From an uncultured Faecalibacterium sp. (GTDB lineage: Bacteria; Bacillota; Clostridia; Oscillospirales; Acutalibacteraceae), in the NCBI GenBank assembly GCA_964504475.1, contig CAZDEL010000005.1:9791-73790 (forward strand): a stretch of DNA of 64,000 bases, read 5' to 3'. Positions 19,182 to 28,138 of the stretch are shown piece after piece. The notes under the pieces were generated by a model that was not told the DNA's origin, did no database searches, and saw only the letters and a list, made by a program, of their open reading frames with translations. Positions within the stretch are counted from its first letter, which is position 1; each line of letters starts with the position of its first letter. The translations under genes and the position numbers were made by a program.

Positions 19182-20561
19182 ATGATTCATCAATATAAGC
19201 TTGGCGGCTATAACATAGTGCTTGACATTTGCTCGGGTGCTGTGCATGTGGTTGACGATGTTGCCTATGATATTATAGCTGACTTTGAAAATATAGGTAA
19301 AGAAGAAATTATAGACAAGCTCACCTTAAAATATAAGGATGGCGAGAGCATTACAAAAAAGGATATTATCGAGTGCTACGATCAAGTGCTCTCACTTAAA
19401 AATGCCGGCAGTCTTTTTACCCCCGACCGCTTTAAGCCTATGGCAGGGGAGCTTAAAAGGAAAACCTCAGGTGTCATTAAGGCCTTATGTCTTCATGTGG
19501 CACACACCTGTAATCTTAACTGCGCCTACTGCTTTGCATCACAGGGCAAATATCAAGGTGAAAGAGCACTCATGAGCTTTGAGACAGGCAAGAGAGCTTT
19601 AGACTTCCTTGTGGAAAGCTCAGGCACACGACGCAACCTTGAGGTTGACTTTTTTGGTGGCGAGCCGCTTATGAACTGGGATGTAGTTAAAAAGCTTGTG
19701 GAGTACGCAAGAAGCATAGAAAAGGAAAAGGGCAAAAATTTCCGATTCACCCTCACAACTAACGGACTTAATATTGACGACGATGTTATCGAGTTTTCCA
19801 ACCGTGAAATGAGCAATGTTGTTTTAAGTCTTGACGGCAGAAAAGAGGTTCACGACCGCTATAGAGTTGACTATAAGGGCAAGGGCAGCTGGGATATTAT
19901 TGTGCCTAAGTTCCAAAGGTTTGTCAAAGAGCGTGGCGGCAAGAACTATTATATGAGGGGTACCTTCACTCACGCTAACCCTGACTTTTTAGAGGATATT
20001 AAGCAAATGCTTTCCTTAGGCTTTAACGAGCTTAGTATGGAGCCTGTGGTCTGTGCTGCCGGTGACCCATCAGAGCTTACTGAGCAGGATAAGGAGATTG
20101 TCTTCGAGCAATATGAAAAGTTAGCTGAGCTTATGCTGCAAAAGGACAAGGAAGGTGAGCCCTTCACCTTTTATCATTATATGATAGACCTTAAAGGTGG
20201 CCCGTGTATATATAAGCGTATATCCGGCTGCGGCTCAGGTACTGAGTACATGGCAGTTACACCCTGGGGTGATCTTTATCCATGTCACCAATTTGTCGGT
20301 GATGAAAAATTCCGCTTAGGTGATATTTGGCATGGAGTTACCAATACTGCCATTCAAGAGGAGTTTGGCTCATGTAATGTTTATGCACGAGAGGATTGTC
20401 ATGACTGCTGGGCAAAGTTATACTGCTCAGGTGGCTGTGCCGCTAATGCCTACCACTCAACAGGCAGCGTGACAGGTGTTTATAAATACGGCTGTGAGCT
20501 GTTTAAAAAGCGTATGGAATGTGCAATCATGGTTGCCGTCGCTCGTGAAATAGGTGAGTAA
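19182..20561 (+). CDS. Radical SAM/SPASM thioether-forming SCIFF maturase
   Basis: CNLNCAYC (CxxxCxxC) radical-SAM cluster. Cys-rich SPASM C-terminus (CGSGTEYMAVTPWGDLYPCHQF, CHDCWAKLYCSGGCAANAY). Position next to the SCIFF peptide. Confidence 0.85.
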   Translation: MIHQYKLGGYNIVLDICSGAVHVVDDVAYDIIADFENIGKEEIIDKLTLKYKDGESITKKDIIECYDQVLSLKNAGSLFTPDRFKPMAGELKRKTSGVIKALCLHVAHTCNLNCAYCFASQGKYQGERALMSFETGKRALDFLVESSGTRRNLEVDFFGGEPLMNWDVVKKLVEYARSIEKEKGKNFRFTLTTNGLNIDDDVIEFSNREMSNVVLSLDGRKEVHDRYRVDYKGKGSWDIIVPKFQRFVKERGGKNYYMRGTFTHANPDFLEDIKQMLSLGFNELSMEPVVCAAGDPSELTEQDKEIVFEQYEKLAELMLQKDKEGEPFTFYHYMIDLKGGPCIYKRISGCGSGTEYMAVTPWGDLYPCHQFVGDEKFRLGDIWHGVTNTAIQEEFGSCNVYAREDCHDCWAKLYCSGGCAANAYHSTGSVTGVYKYGCELFKKRMECAIMVAVAREIGE

Positions 20562-20562
20562 T

Positions 20563-21894
20563 ATGACAACACCCATAATCGACTTTGTGTCACGGTATGC
20601 GGGCGAGGATGTGCTGAGACTTCATATGCCCGGCCACAAGGGAAAAAGCTATCTCGGCTTTGAGGAAAGGGATATAACGGAAATAGAAGGTGCTGACTCT
20701 CTTTATGAAGCCAATGGAATCATAAAGGAAAGCGAGGAAAACGCTTCTAAGATTTTTGGGTGCAAAACCTATTATAGCACCGAAGGCTCATCTCAATGTA
20801 TAAGAGCCATGGTTTATCTTTGCACTATTTATGCCAAAGCTAAGGGGCAAAGGCCGTGTATATCTGCCTTTAGAAATGTGCATAAAACATTCCTTTTTGC
20901 CGCTGCAATGACTGACTGTGAGGTCAATTGGCTTTACGGTGAGGACGAGACTTATCTGTCATGCACCGTCAGCGAGGAAGCCTTGGAAAAGCATCTTACA
21001 AAGCACGAGGGCGAGGTTACGGCAGTGTACCTGACATCACCTGATTATCTTGGGAAAATCGCTGATATAAAAGCTTTGAGCCGAGTTTGTCACAGACATG
21101 GGGTGCTGCTTATAGTTGATAACGCCCATGGCGCATATCTTAAGTTTTTGCCTGAAAGTGAGCACCCAATAGACTTAGGTGCTGATATGTGCTGCGACTC
21201 GGCGCACAAGACTTTGGGTGTTTTAACCGGTGGGGCTTATCTTCATCTTAGTGGTACTTTGCCAAAAATCTTTGAGTCAAACGCTAAAAAGGCACTGGCT
21301 CTTTTTGGCTCGACGAGTCCGTCATATCTTATCTTGCAATCTCTTGATAAGGCAAATGAATATCTCTCAGCCTCTTTCAGAGCCGAAATTGAAAAAATGG
21401 TTAAAAGAGTAGGGGAGCTTAAAAAGGCTATGGAGTCTTACGGCTATACTCTTTATGGCGATGAGAAAATGAAAATAACCATATGCACTAAGGCATTTGG
21501 CTATTTAGGCAAAGACTTTGCCTCACAGCTAAGACAAAGAGGCGGTGAAGTGGAATTTGCTGACCCTGATTATGCTGTTATAATGCTCTCAGTGGCGCAA
21601 ATAAATGATCTGGACACCTTGGAAGCTATGCTTTTATCCATAGAAAAAAAGCCCTCTATAGAGCTTTTGCCGCCAAAAAGCTATATACATGAAAAAGCAA
21701 TGAGCATAAGAGAAGCTATTTTCAGTGAGTGTGAAATGATTGAAGCCGAAAATAGCGATCGCAGAGTCCTATCCTACGGCAACATCGCCTGTCCACCGGC
21801 AGTGCCGATTGTCATGTGCGGAGAAAGAATCACGAAAGAGGATATTTCAGCTTTTTCATACTATGACATAAATAGCTGTAGCGTTGTAAAATAA
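20563..21894 (+). CDS. PLP-dependent Orn/Lys/Arg decarboxylase-family protein
   Basis: LHMPGHKG and CDSAHKTLGVLTGG (PLP lysine) motifs. ATG 20563 lies 1 nt after the maturase stop. The track start, GTG 20554, would overlap it. Confidence 0.75.
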   Translation: MTTPIIDFVSRYAGEDVLRLHMPGHKGKSYLGFEERDITEIEGADSLYEANGIIKESEENASKIFGCKTYYSTEGSSQCIRAMVYLCTIYAKAKGQRPCISAFRNVHKTFLFAAAMTDCEVNWLYGEDETYLSCTVSEEALEKHLTKHEGEVTAVYLTSPDYLGKIADIKALSRVCHRHGVLLIVDNAHGAYLKFLPESEHPIDLGADMCCDSAHKTLGVLTGGAYLHLSGTLPKIFESNAKKALALFGSTSPSYLILQSLDKANEYLSASFRAEIEKMVKRVGELKKAMESYGYTLYGDEKMKITICTKAFGYLGKDFASQLRQRGGEVEFADPDYAVIMLSVAQINDLDTLEAMLLSIEKKPSIELLPPKSYIHEKAMSIREAIFSECEMIEAENSDRRVLSYGNIACPPAVPIVMCGERITKEDISAFSYYDINSCSVVK

Positions 21895-21902
21895 AAACAA
21901 AA

Positions 21903-21938
21903 AAGCTCACTCAAAGGCTTTCACCAATGAGTGAGCTT
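21903..21938. terminator. Bidirectional terminator shared by convergent genes
   Basis: AAGCTCACTCA-14 nt-TGAGTGAGCTT hairpin. Flanked by an A-run on the left (U-run for the minus-strand micropeptide gene) and a T-rich tract on the right. Confidence 0.6.
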
Positions 21939-21949
21939 TAAATATTTAC

Positions 21950-22060
21950 TTAGATGAGTTCTGTGGGCCAACCGTTTGTGTTTTCGCCTTCATTTTTGAG
22001 AATAGCAACAACAAGTCTGTAGATGTTGTTAACGAGGCTTTTAATTATGAGGTAAAACAT
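21950..22060 (-). CDS. Micropeptide P1 (36 aa), amphipathic helix plus acidic tail
   Basis: Not in the ORF track. MFYLIIKSLVNNIYRLVVAILKNEGENTNGWPTELI. GAAGGAAG RBS 8 nt upstream, own promoter and terminator. Paralogous to P2 at 23684-23806. Confidence 0.5.
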   Translation of the reverse strand: MFYLIIKSLVNNIYRLVVAILKNEGENTNGWPTELI

Positions 22061-22110
22061 AGTACATACTTCCTTCGTGTTGATATTTTACAGTGTTAAC
22101 TGTTTATTTT

Positions 22111-22139
22111 ATTTTACGATTAAATGAAGGAAAAGTCAA
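22111..22139 (-). promoter_or_regulatory. Sigma-A-type promoter of micropeptide P1
   Basis: On the minus strand: TTGACT, 17-nt spacer, TAAAAT. Gives a 5' UTR of about 44 nt. Confidence 0.45.
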
Positions 22140-22202
22140 CAGTAATTGAGAAAAATAAGAAATTTTAACGAAAAATATGAATTGTTATAATATTTTGTGA
22201 GC

Positions 22203-23498
22203 TTAGATGCAAAATGCCGCATATAGCGGAACAATCTTTTTATTGTCCTGAAATGCGAAGTTTTTAGCTGAGACTTTAATAGCATAGGCCGGTTTGTAAG
22301 TATCCATATAAAGTCTTAGACTTTTTGCTCTGGTGTTGTCAGCAGACTTTACCTCTATGGGGATAAGCTGCCCCTCACGCTGAATAATAAAATCAACCTC
22401 TGCTCCACGCTCCGATTCCCAATAATAAGTGTTGTAGCCACTAATTGTGAGCTGTAAATTGACATAGTTTTCAGCCATTCCACCCTTAAAATCATTAAGC
22501 TCCTCAACCATATAAAGAACATCGTCTGCCACTAAGTCCTTTTTGGCACACAGTAAGCCCGGGTCTGAGACATAAATTTTAAAGGAATCTATATCACGAT
22601 AGTTTTCAAGGGGCTTTTTAATTTGCTCCACCTTATAAACCTGTGACACAATTCCGGATAAGCATAGCCATTCAATGGCGTTTTCAAATTCCTGCGCCCT
22701 TGCACCTTTTTTAATCAGCTTATATTGAAAACGAGTATTTTTCTTTGACAGTTGAACAGTGATATTATCATAAGCAAGTCTTGTTTTCTTTATCTCGTTT
22801 AAGTTGTTATATTTGCTCATATCATTAAGATAGCTTGTGAGGATAGTGTCTTGAATGTGACGAACAAGGATATAATCCTTAGTTTTACAAAATTGCTCTA
22901 CACATTCGGGCATACCACCCACAACAAGATATTGCCTATAAAGCTGCATCGCCGCATCATGAAGTGCCCATGGCATTGGGACGTTTGTTTCAAAGGCTTC
23001 TTTGATTTTTTCAATAAGGGTGTCTTCTCCCATGGCGAGCATAAATTCCTCTATATCCATAGGGTATAAGGTCTTTATATCCACCTTGCCAACAGGAAAA
23101 GAAAATCTTGCTCTGTTGACCGCTACTCCAAGAAGACTGCCCAGAGCTATGATATGATAGTCGGGAGCACTTTCGCAAAAATATTTAAGAGATGTTAAGG
23201 CTCTTTCGCAAAGCTGAACCTCGTCAAAAACAATCAAGGTTTTCTCTTTTATAATGCTTTGAGAAGCAATGCGAGATAATATTGGTATCAAATAATCCGG
23301 GCTAATATTTTCTTCAAAGGTTTCATTTAGCTTCGGGTTGGTTTCAAAATTAAAATATGCCACATTTTCATATGCTTTGTGACCAAACTCTAAAACAGAG
23401 TAGGTCTTTCCAACCTGTCTTGCACCTTGCAAAATAAGAGGCTTGCGGTGCTCGCTTTCCTTCCAACTCTCTAAAAAGCTCATGACCTTTCTATACAT
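22203..23498 (-). CDS. AAA+ ATPase with DUF4143-type C-terminal domain (COG1373-like)
   Basis: Walker A GARQVGKT and Walker B LIVFDEVQ. Length (431 aa) and overall pattern typical of ATPase/DUF4143 proteins. GGGAGG RBS. Confidence 0.8.
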   Translation of the reverse strand: MYRKVMSFLESWKESEHRKPLILQGARQVGKTYSVLEFGHKAYENVAYFNFETNPKLNETFEENISPDYLIPILSRIASQSIIKEKTLIVFDEVQLCERALTSLKYFCESAPDYHIIALGSLLGVAVNRARFSFPVGKVDIKTLYPMDIEEFMLAMGEDTLIEKIKEAFETNVPMPWALHDAAMQLYRQYLVVGGMPECVEQFCKTKDYILVRHIQDTILTSYLNDMSKYNNLNEIKKTRLAYDNITVQLSKKNTRFQYKLIKKGARAQEFENAIEWLCLSGIVSQVYKVEQIKKPLENYRDIDSFKIYVSDPGLLCAKKDLVADDVLYMVEELNDFKGGMAENYVNLQLTISGYNTYYWESERGAEVDFIIQREGQLIPIEVKSADNTRAKSLRLYMDTYKPAYAIKVSAKNFAFQDNKKIVPLYAAFCI

Positions 23499-23640
23499 GA
23501 TTAAGACCTCCCTTCTTTTCTAAATACAGTATAACAAGTATTCGTGTAAAAATCAAGGCAAAATTCAAAATAATTCACGCATATTTACACGAACATTTTA
23601 TAAAACTACCACAAAATCGACAGGAAATAAAATAGAGGTA

Positions 23641-23668
23641 AAAAAGAAGCTCCGCTTGAAACGGAGCT
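23641..23668 (-). terminator. Rho-independent terminator of micropeptide P2
   Basis: Minus strand: AGCTCCG-TTTCAAG-CGGAGCT followed by TCTTTTT. Lies 16 nt after the P2 stop. Confidence 0.6.
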
Positions 23669-23683
23669 AATCTTTTTGATTAA

Positions 23684-23806
23684 TTATTCAGCTTTTGGCT
23701 CTGTGGGAATGAGATCGCCTTCATAGCCGATGTCAATACCAGCTGATGCAAGAATACTTCTAATCATGTTGAAGATGTTGTTAAGTAAACCGATAATGAA
23801 ATCCAT
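23684..23806 (-). CDS. Micropeptide P2 (40 aa), amphipathic helix plus acidic tail
   Basis: MDFIIGLLNNIFNMIRSILASAGIDIGYEGDLIPTEPKAE. GGAGG RBS 8 nt upstream of this internal ATG. The 112-aa track ORF (to 24022) would run through the gene's own promoter. Confidence 0.55.
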   Translation of the reverse strand: MDFIIGLLNNIFNMIRSILASAGIDIGYEGDLIPTEPKAE

Positions 23807-23856
23807 TTTTGTATCCTCCAAATTTAAAAATTTTGTGAATTTCAATCCACAATTAT

Positions 23857-23884
23857 ATTCTACACATTTTTCATAAAAAGTCAA
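23857..23884 (-). promoter_or_regulatory. Sigma-A-type promoter of micropeptide P2
   Basis: Minus strand: TTGACT, 16-nt spacer ending in TGTG, TAGAAT. Gives a 5' UTR of about 44 nt. Confidence 0.45.
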
Positions 23885-24094
23885 TCTTTTATTCACTAAT
23901 TTATTTGACAAATTCCCATTGTTAACAAATTTATAGCATTTTAGAAATATATCTGCTTTTTGCGACATTTTCATTGTTTTATCGTTTTTACAAGGGGAGA
24001 GTAATATTAAATCAATTTTCACCTAAACTATTGTTTTTTTTCTTTGTTTATAGTAAAATCTAAGATGTATGACTATGTAAAATTGAGGTAAATA

Positions 24095-26500
24095 ATGGTT
24101 AACAAGGAATTTTTAGAACTAAGACAAAAGATAATCGAAAAAGACTTTCAGCACATGAATGATAGACAAAAGCAGGCTATCTTTCAGGTTAAAGGTCCTG
24201 TGCTGATTTTGGCAGGCGCAGGCAGCGGAAAAACAACGGTTATCGTTAACAGAATCGCAAATATAGTAAAATACGGCGACGCATATAACAGCAAGGAATG
24301 TGCCTTTGAGCCATCAAATGCTGACCTTCGCAGCATGAGAGCATATCTTGACGGTGACGAGAGTGTACTGTTTGACATTGAGGATTTATTAAGCGTTGAG
24401 CCTGCAAGACCTTGGCAGATTCTTGCTATCACCTTCACAAATAAGGCAGCAAACGAGCTTAAAGAGAGACTGGAAAAAATGCTTGGCGAGGAAGCTAAGG
24501 ATATATGGGCATCAACCTTCCACTCCTCCTGTGTTAGAATACTTCGTCGTGACGGTGAGGTTTTAGGCTACACTAAGCATTTCACTATTTATGACACCGA
24601 TGACACTAAGCGTCTTATTAAGGAGTGTCAAAGACAGCTCAATATCTCCGACACCACTATTTCATACAAGGCTATTATAGGCGAAATCAGCCGTGCAAAG
24701 GACAACCTTATTTCACCGGCAGAGTACGAAAAAAAGGCAGCCAATGAAAAAGACTCAAGAATGATGAAAATAGCCTCATGCTATAAGATGTATCAGTCAG
24801 AGCTTAAAAAGGCTGATGCAATGGACTTTGATGATATTATTGTCAACACAGTTAATCTTTTGGAAAATCACGCCGATGTGAGAGAGTATTATCAAAGAAA
24901 GTTTAAGTACATCATGGTTGACGAGTACCAGGACACTAACCACGCTCAATATAGGCTCACAGAGCTTCTTGCAGCTGAGCATAGAAATATTTGCGTTGTG
25001 GGTGACGATGACCAGAGTATTTATCGCTTTAGAGGCGCAACAATTGAGAATATTTTGTCCTTTGAGCATAGATATGCCGAGAGCCAGATAATCCGCCTTG
25101 AGCAAAACTACCGTTCAACTCAGACTATACTTGATGTGGCTAACGAGGTTATATCCAATAACCACAAGCGTAAGGGCAAAAGCCTTTGGACATCTAACCC
25201 GGGTGGCGACAAGGTTGTGGTCAACACCGCATATGACGAGAGTGACGAGGCTAAATTTATAGCTGAAACCATAGAGGAAAATGTGGCTTCGGGCAAGTTT
25301 AACTTTAGTGACCACGCAGTGCTTTACAGAATGAATGCACAGTCAAACTTTATAGAAAGAGTCCTTGTCAGAGCAGGTATTCCCTATAGAATCATAGGCG
25401 GTCACCGCTTCTATGAAAGACAGGAAATCAGAGATGCAATAGCATACTTGACTATTGTTAATAACCCCAGTGATAATATTAGACTTCGCCGCATTGTCAA
25501 TGTACCGAAAAGAGGTATAGGTGAGGCAACTCTTAATAAGGCGGCCGAAATCTCAACAGGTCTCGGCATAAGTATGTTTGAGGTCTTCAGGCAGTCAGAG
25601 GAGTTTGACGCATTAAAAAGAAGCTCAAAGAAGCTTATAGCTTTTTGCGATATGATAGATGAGCTTCGTGAGGATTTAGATAAGATACCCATAGACGAGC
25701 TGTTTACTAAGATTATCCAAAAGACTCAATATCTCGGTCATTTAAGACTTGATAAGGAAAAGGGCGAGGAGAGAGAGGAAAACATATACGAGCTTATCTC
25801 TAACCTTAAAACCTATGAGCAGGAAAACGAGGAAGCGACTCTTTCCGGCTTCCTTGAGGAAGTCGCTCTCATGTCGGATATTGACAACTATAACGACCAA
25901 AACGATGCCGTTGTGCTTATGACGATTCACTCGGCAAAGGGTCTTGAGTTCCCCGTTGTCTTTCTTCCCGGCATGGAGGAGGGCATATTCCCCGGCATAC
26001 AAAGTATGTATAGCCCCGACGATATTGAGGAGGAGAGACGACTTGCCTATGTTGGCATAACAAGAGCAAAGCGTAATCTTTATATTTCCCACGCAAATCT
26101 TCGTATGCTGTTTGGTACAACCTCAAGAAACCTGCCATCAAGATTTTTAGTTGAGATTCCCGAGTCCCTCATTGAGAGAACAGGCAGACGAGATACATCA
26201 CAAATGAATAACTACGCTCAGCAAACTGCGGCAGATGTGGACTTTGAGCGTTCCAACGGCTACTCACGATATATGGGTACCGGCTACCTGTCAAAAATCA
26301 AGCAGCAGGCTCAGCCTAAGCAGCCCGAGGTGGCAAAGGTTTCCTACAGTGTGGGAGATACTGTTGTTCACAAGGTTTTCGGTCAAGGCGTTATACTTTC
26401 CTCAAAGCCTATGGGTAACGACTCTATGCTTGAGATAGCCTTTGAAAAATCAGGAACTAAAAAGCTCATGGCAAATTATGCCAAGCTTGAAAAGAAATAA
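24095..26500 (+). CDS. pcrA: ATP-dependent DNA helicase PcrA/UvrD (SF1)
   Basis: AGAGSGKT (motif I), VDEYQDTN (motif II), VVGDDDQSIYRFRGA, TIHSAKGLEF and YVGITRA motifs. Confidence 0.9.
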   Translation: MVNKEFLELRQKIIEKDFQHMNDRQKQAIFQVKGPVLILAGAGSGKTTVIVNRIANIVKYGDAYNSKECAFEPSNADLRSMRAYLDGDESVLFDIEDLLSVEPARPWQILAITFTNKAANELKERLEKMLGEEAKDIWASTFHSSCVRILRRDGEVLGYTKHFTIYDTDDTKRLIKECQRQLNISDTTISYKAIIGEISRAKDNLISPAEYEKKAANEKDSRMMKIASCYKMYQSELKKADAMDFDDIIVNTVNLLENHADVREYYQRKFKYIMVDEYQDTNHAQYRLTELLAAEHRNICVVGDDDQSIYRFRGATIENILSFEHRYAESQIIRLEQNYRSTQTILDVANEVISNNHKRKGKSLWTSNPGGDKVVVNTAYDESDEAKFIAETIEENVASGKFNFSDHAVLYRMNAQSNFIERVLVRAGIPYRIIGGHRFYERQEIRDAIAYLTIVNNPSDNIRLRRIVNVPKRGIGEATLNKAAEISTGLGISMFEVFRQSEEFDALKRSSKKLIAFCDMIDELREDLDKIPIDELFTKIIQKTQYLGHLRLDKEKGEEREENIYELISNLKTYEQENEEATLSGFLEEVALMSDIDNYNDQNDAVVLMTIHSAKGLEFPVVFLPGMEEGIFPGIQSMYSPDDIEEERRLAYVGITRAKRNLYISHANLRMLFGTTSRNLPSRFLVEIPESLIERTGRRDTSQMNNYAQQTAADVDFERSNGYSRYMGTGYLSKIKQQAQPKQPEVAKVSYSVGDTVVHKVFGQGVILSSKPMGNDSMLEIAFEKSGTKKLMANYAKLEKK

Positions 26501-26521
26501 ATTTCATAAGGAGAGACTATT

Positions 26522-28120
26522 ATGAAAAAATTTATCAAATCGGCAATTTCACTTCTACTCGTTTTTATCCTTGCTATTGGTACTACTTTACCAATATTCG
26601 CTAAGGACACTGTAACTCCCGTGATTGTTGTGAGCGGCATGAATTCATTTCCTTTAACTGACGCTCAAGGCAACACTGTTTATCCTCCCTCGGGTGATAA
26701 AATATTAGGTCTTGTCAAGGACAATATAAAGCCAATTTTAGACTTTGCTCTCAGCGGCGACTGGCAAAAATTTGGTGACGAGATAATCTACGATGTCTAT
26801 GAGGATCTTTTCAAGGAGATATCCTGTGATAAGCTTGGCAATTCACTGTATGAAATTGAAACAGCTCTTTTCCCGAAAAGCGTTGACAATTATCCTGAGA
26901 CCTTTCAGCAAAGCGAGGATATTGAAGACGAAATAGGAATAGTAAAAGGCCTTATAGAGGATGTTGGCGGCGAGAATGTATACTTCTTTAATTATGATTG
27001 GCGTCTTGACCCAATGAAGCACGCAGACGACCTTAATGACTATATCGAAAATGTAAAGAAGGAAAAGCACAGCGACAAGGTTATTCTCATTCCCTGTAGT
27101 ATGGGCGGTGTTATAACTAACTCATATCTTTATAAATATGGCAGTGACAGCTGCGATAAAATCATTTATGCTATGACAGCTATTCAAGGTCTTGACGCAG
27201 TGGGCGAGATTTTCCAAAGGAAAATAGATGTTGATGTTGATGTGCTCATGGCATACCTTTTCACAATGCAAAGAGATGAGCTTGCTATGCAAATACTCAT
27301 GTCTGCCTTAGGCACATTCACAGAGATAACACCGGCTATTACAAAGTGGCTCGACGACTTTATAGATAAATCCTTAGCCGAGCTTAACGACAGAGTTTAT
27401 GATGAGCTTTTCATTACCGCTTTTGGTACTATGCCGGGCTTCTGGTCATTTGTACCCGACAGCTATTATGAGGACGCAAAGGAAATCTTTTTCCGTGGCA
27501 ATATTGACAAGGATTTTGAAAAGATTATAGACAACTATCATTGCAATGTTCAGGCAAAAGCCGAGGAAATTATGCATAAGGCAGCAAACAGTGGAGTTAA
27601 GGTTTATGTCCTTTCCTCTTACGGCTATGTTGGTGGCCCTTATACAAAGGTTGCAACCAATCAGTCCGACTGTCTTGTTGAGACAGCAAATCAAAGCCTT
27701 TGGGCAACAACAGCTCCATGGGGCGAGAGCTTTGGCGAGGATTATGAGCCTATTGGCACAAAATGCAGCGAAAAGAGCCACAATCATGTTTCAGTTGACG
27801 GAGTAATTGACGCATCAACCTGCTCCTTCCCTGAAAACACATGGTTTATTAAGTATAATAAGCATGTTGGTATGCCTTGTAATTCCGATTGCCAAAAGCT
27901 TATGACCTATCTTGTCACAAGTGAAGAATATGTAAATGTCCACTCAAATGAGGCATTCCCACAGTTCACCTCCTACAACAAGGTGACAAAGAAGCTGACA
28001 AGCCTTACCGGCAGCGAGATAAAGCCCGATATAACAAGCGGCAAGCCATATTTCTTCATTCGCCTTGTGGAAATTTTTAGAGGTATTTATATAAATATCA
28101 AGGCACTTTTAGGCTTTTGA
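26522..28120 (+). CDS. Secreted alpha/beta-hydrolase, lipase/LCAT-like
   Basis: Signal peptide or TM anchor (AISLLLVFILAIGTTLPIFA). YDWRLDP motif and nucleophile elbow IPCSMGG. Confidence 0.55.
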   Translation: MKKFIKSAISLLLVFILAIGTTLPIFAKDTVTPVIVVSGMNSFPLTDAQGNTVYPPSGDKILGLVKDNIKPILDFALSGDWQKFGDEIIYDVYEDLFKEISCDKLGNSLYEIETALFPKSVDNYPETFQQSEDIEDEIGIVKGLIEDVGGENVYFFNYDWRLDPMKHADDLNDYIENVKKEKHSDKVILIPCSMGGVITNSYLYKYGSDSCDKIIYAMTAIQGLDAVGEIFQRKIDVDVDVLMAYLFTMQRDELAMQILMSALGTFTEITPAITKWLDDFIDKSLAELNDRVYDELFITAFGTMPGFWSFVPDSYYEDAKEIFFRGNIDKDFEKIIDNYHCNVQAKAEEIMHKAANSGVKVYVLSSYGYVGGPYTKVATNQSDCLVETANQSLWATTAPWGESFGEDYEPIGTKCSEKSHNHVSVDGVIDASTCSFPENTWFIKYNKHVGMPCNSDCQKLMTYLVTSEEYVNVHSNEAFPQFTSYNKVTKKLTSLTGSEIKPDITSGKPYFFIRLVEIFRGIYINIKALLGF

Positions 28121-28138
28121 TAATGAGAGGAATTTACT

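Noticed and set aside
21950-23806. Interpreting the two micropeptides as AgrD-type autoinducer pro-peptides.
   Set aside because: The general layout fits (amphipathic N-helix, acidic tail with Pro). But neither peptide has a Cys or Ser at a ring-forming position five residues before a plausible cleavage site, and no agrB, agrC or agrA-like gene is nearby.
23684-24022. 112-aa version of the ORF containing micropeptide P2.
   Set aside because: There is no RBS at 24022. The N-terminal 72 codons cover an AT-rich intergenic region that contains the TTGACT/TAGAAT promoter. The GGAGG RBS sits 8 nt before the internal ATG at 23806. Only the 40-aa product is supported.
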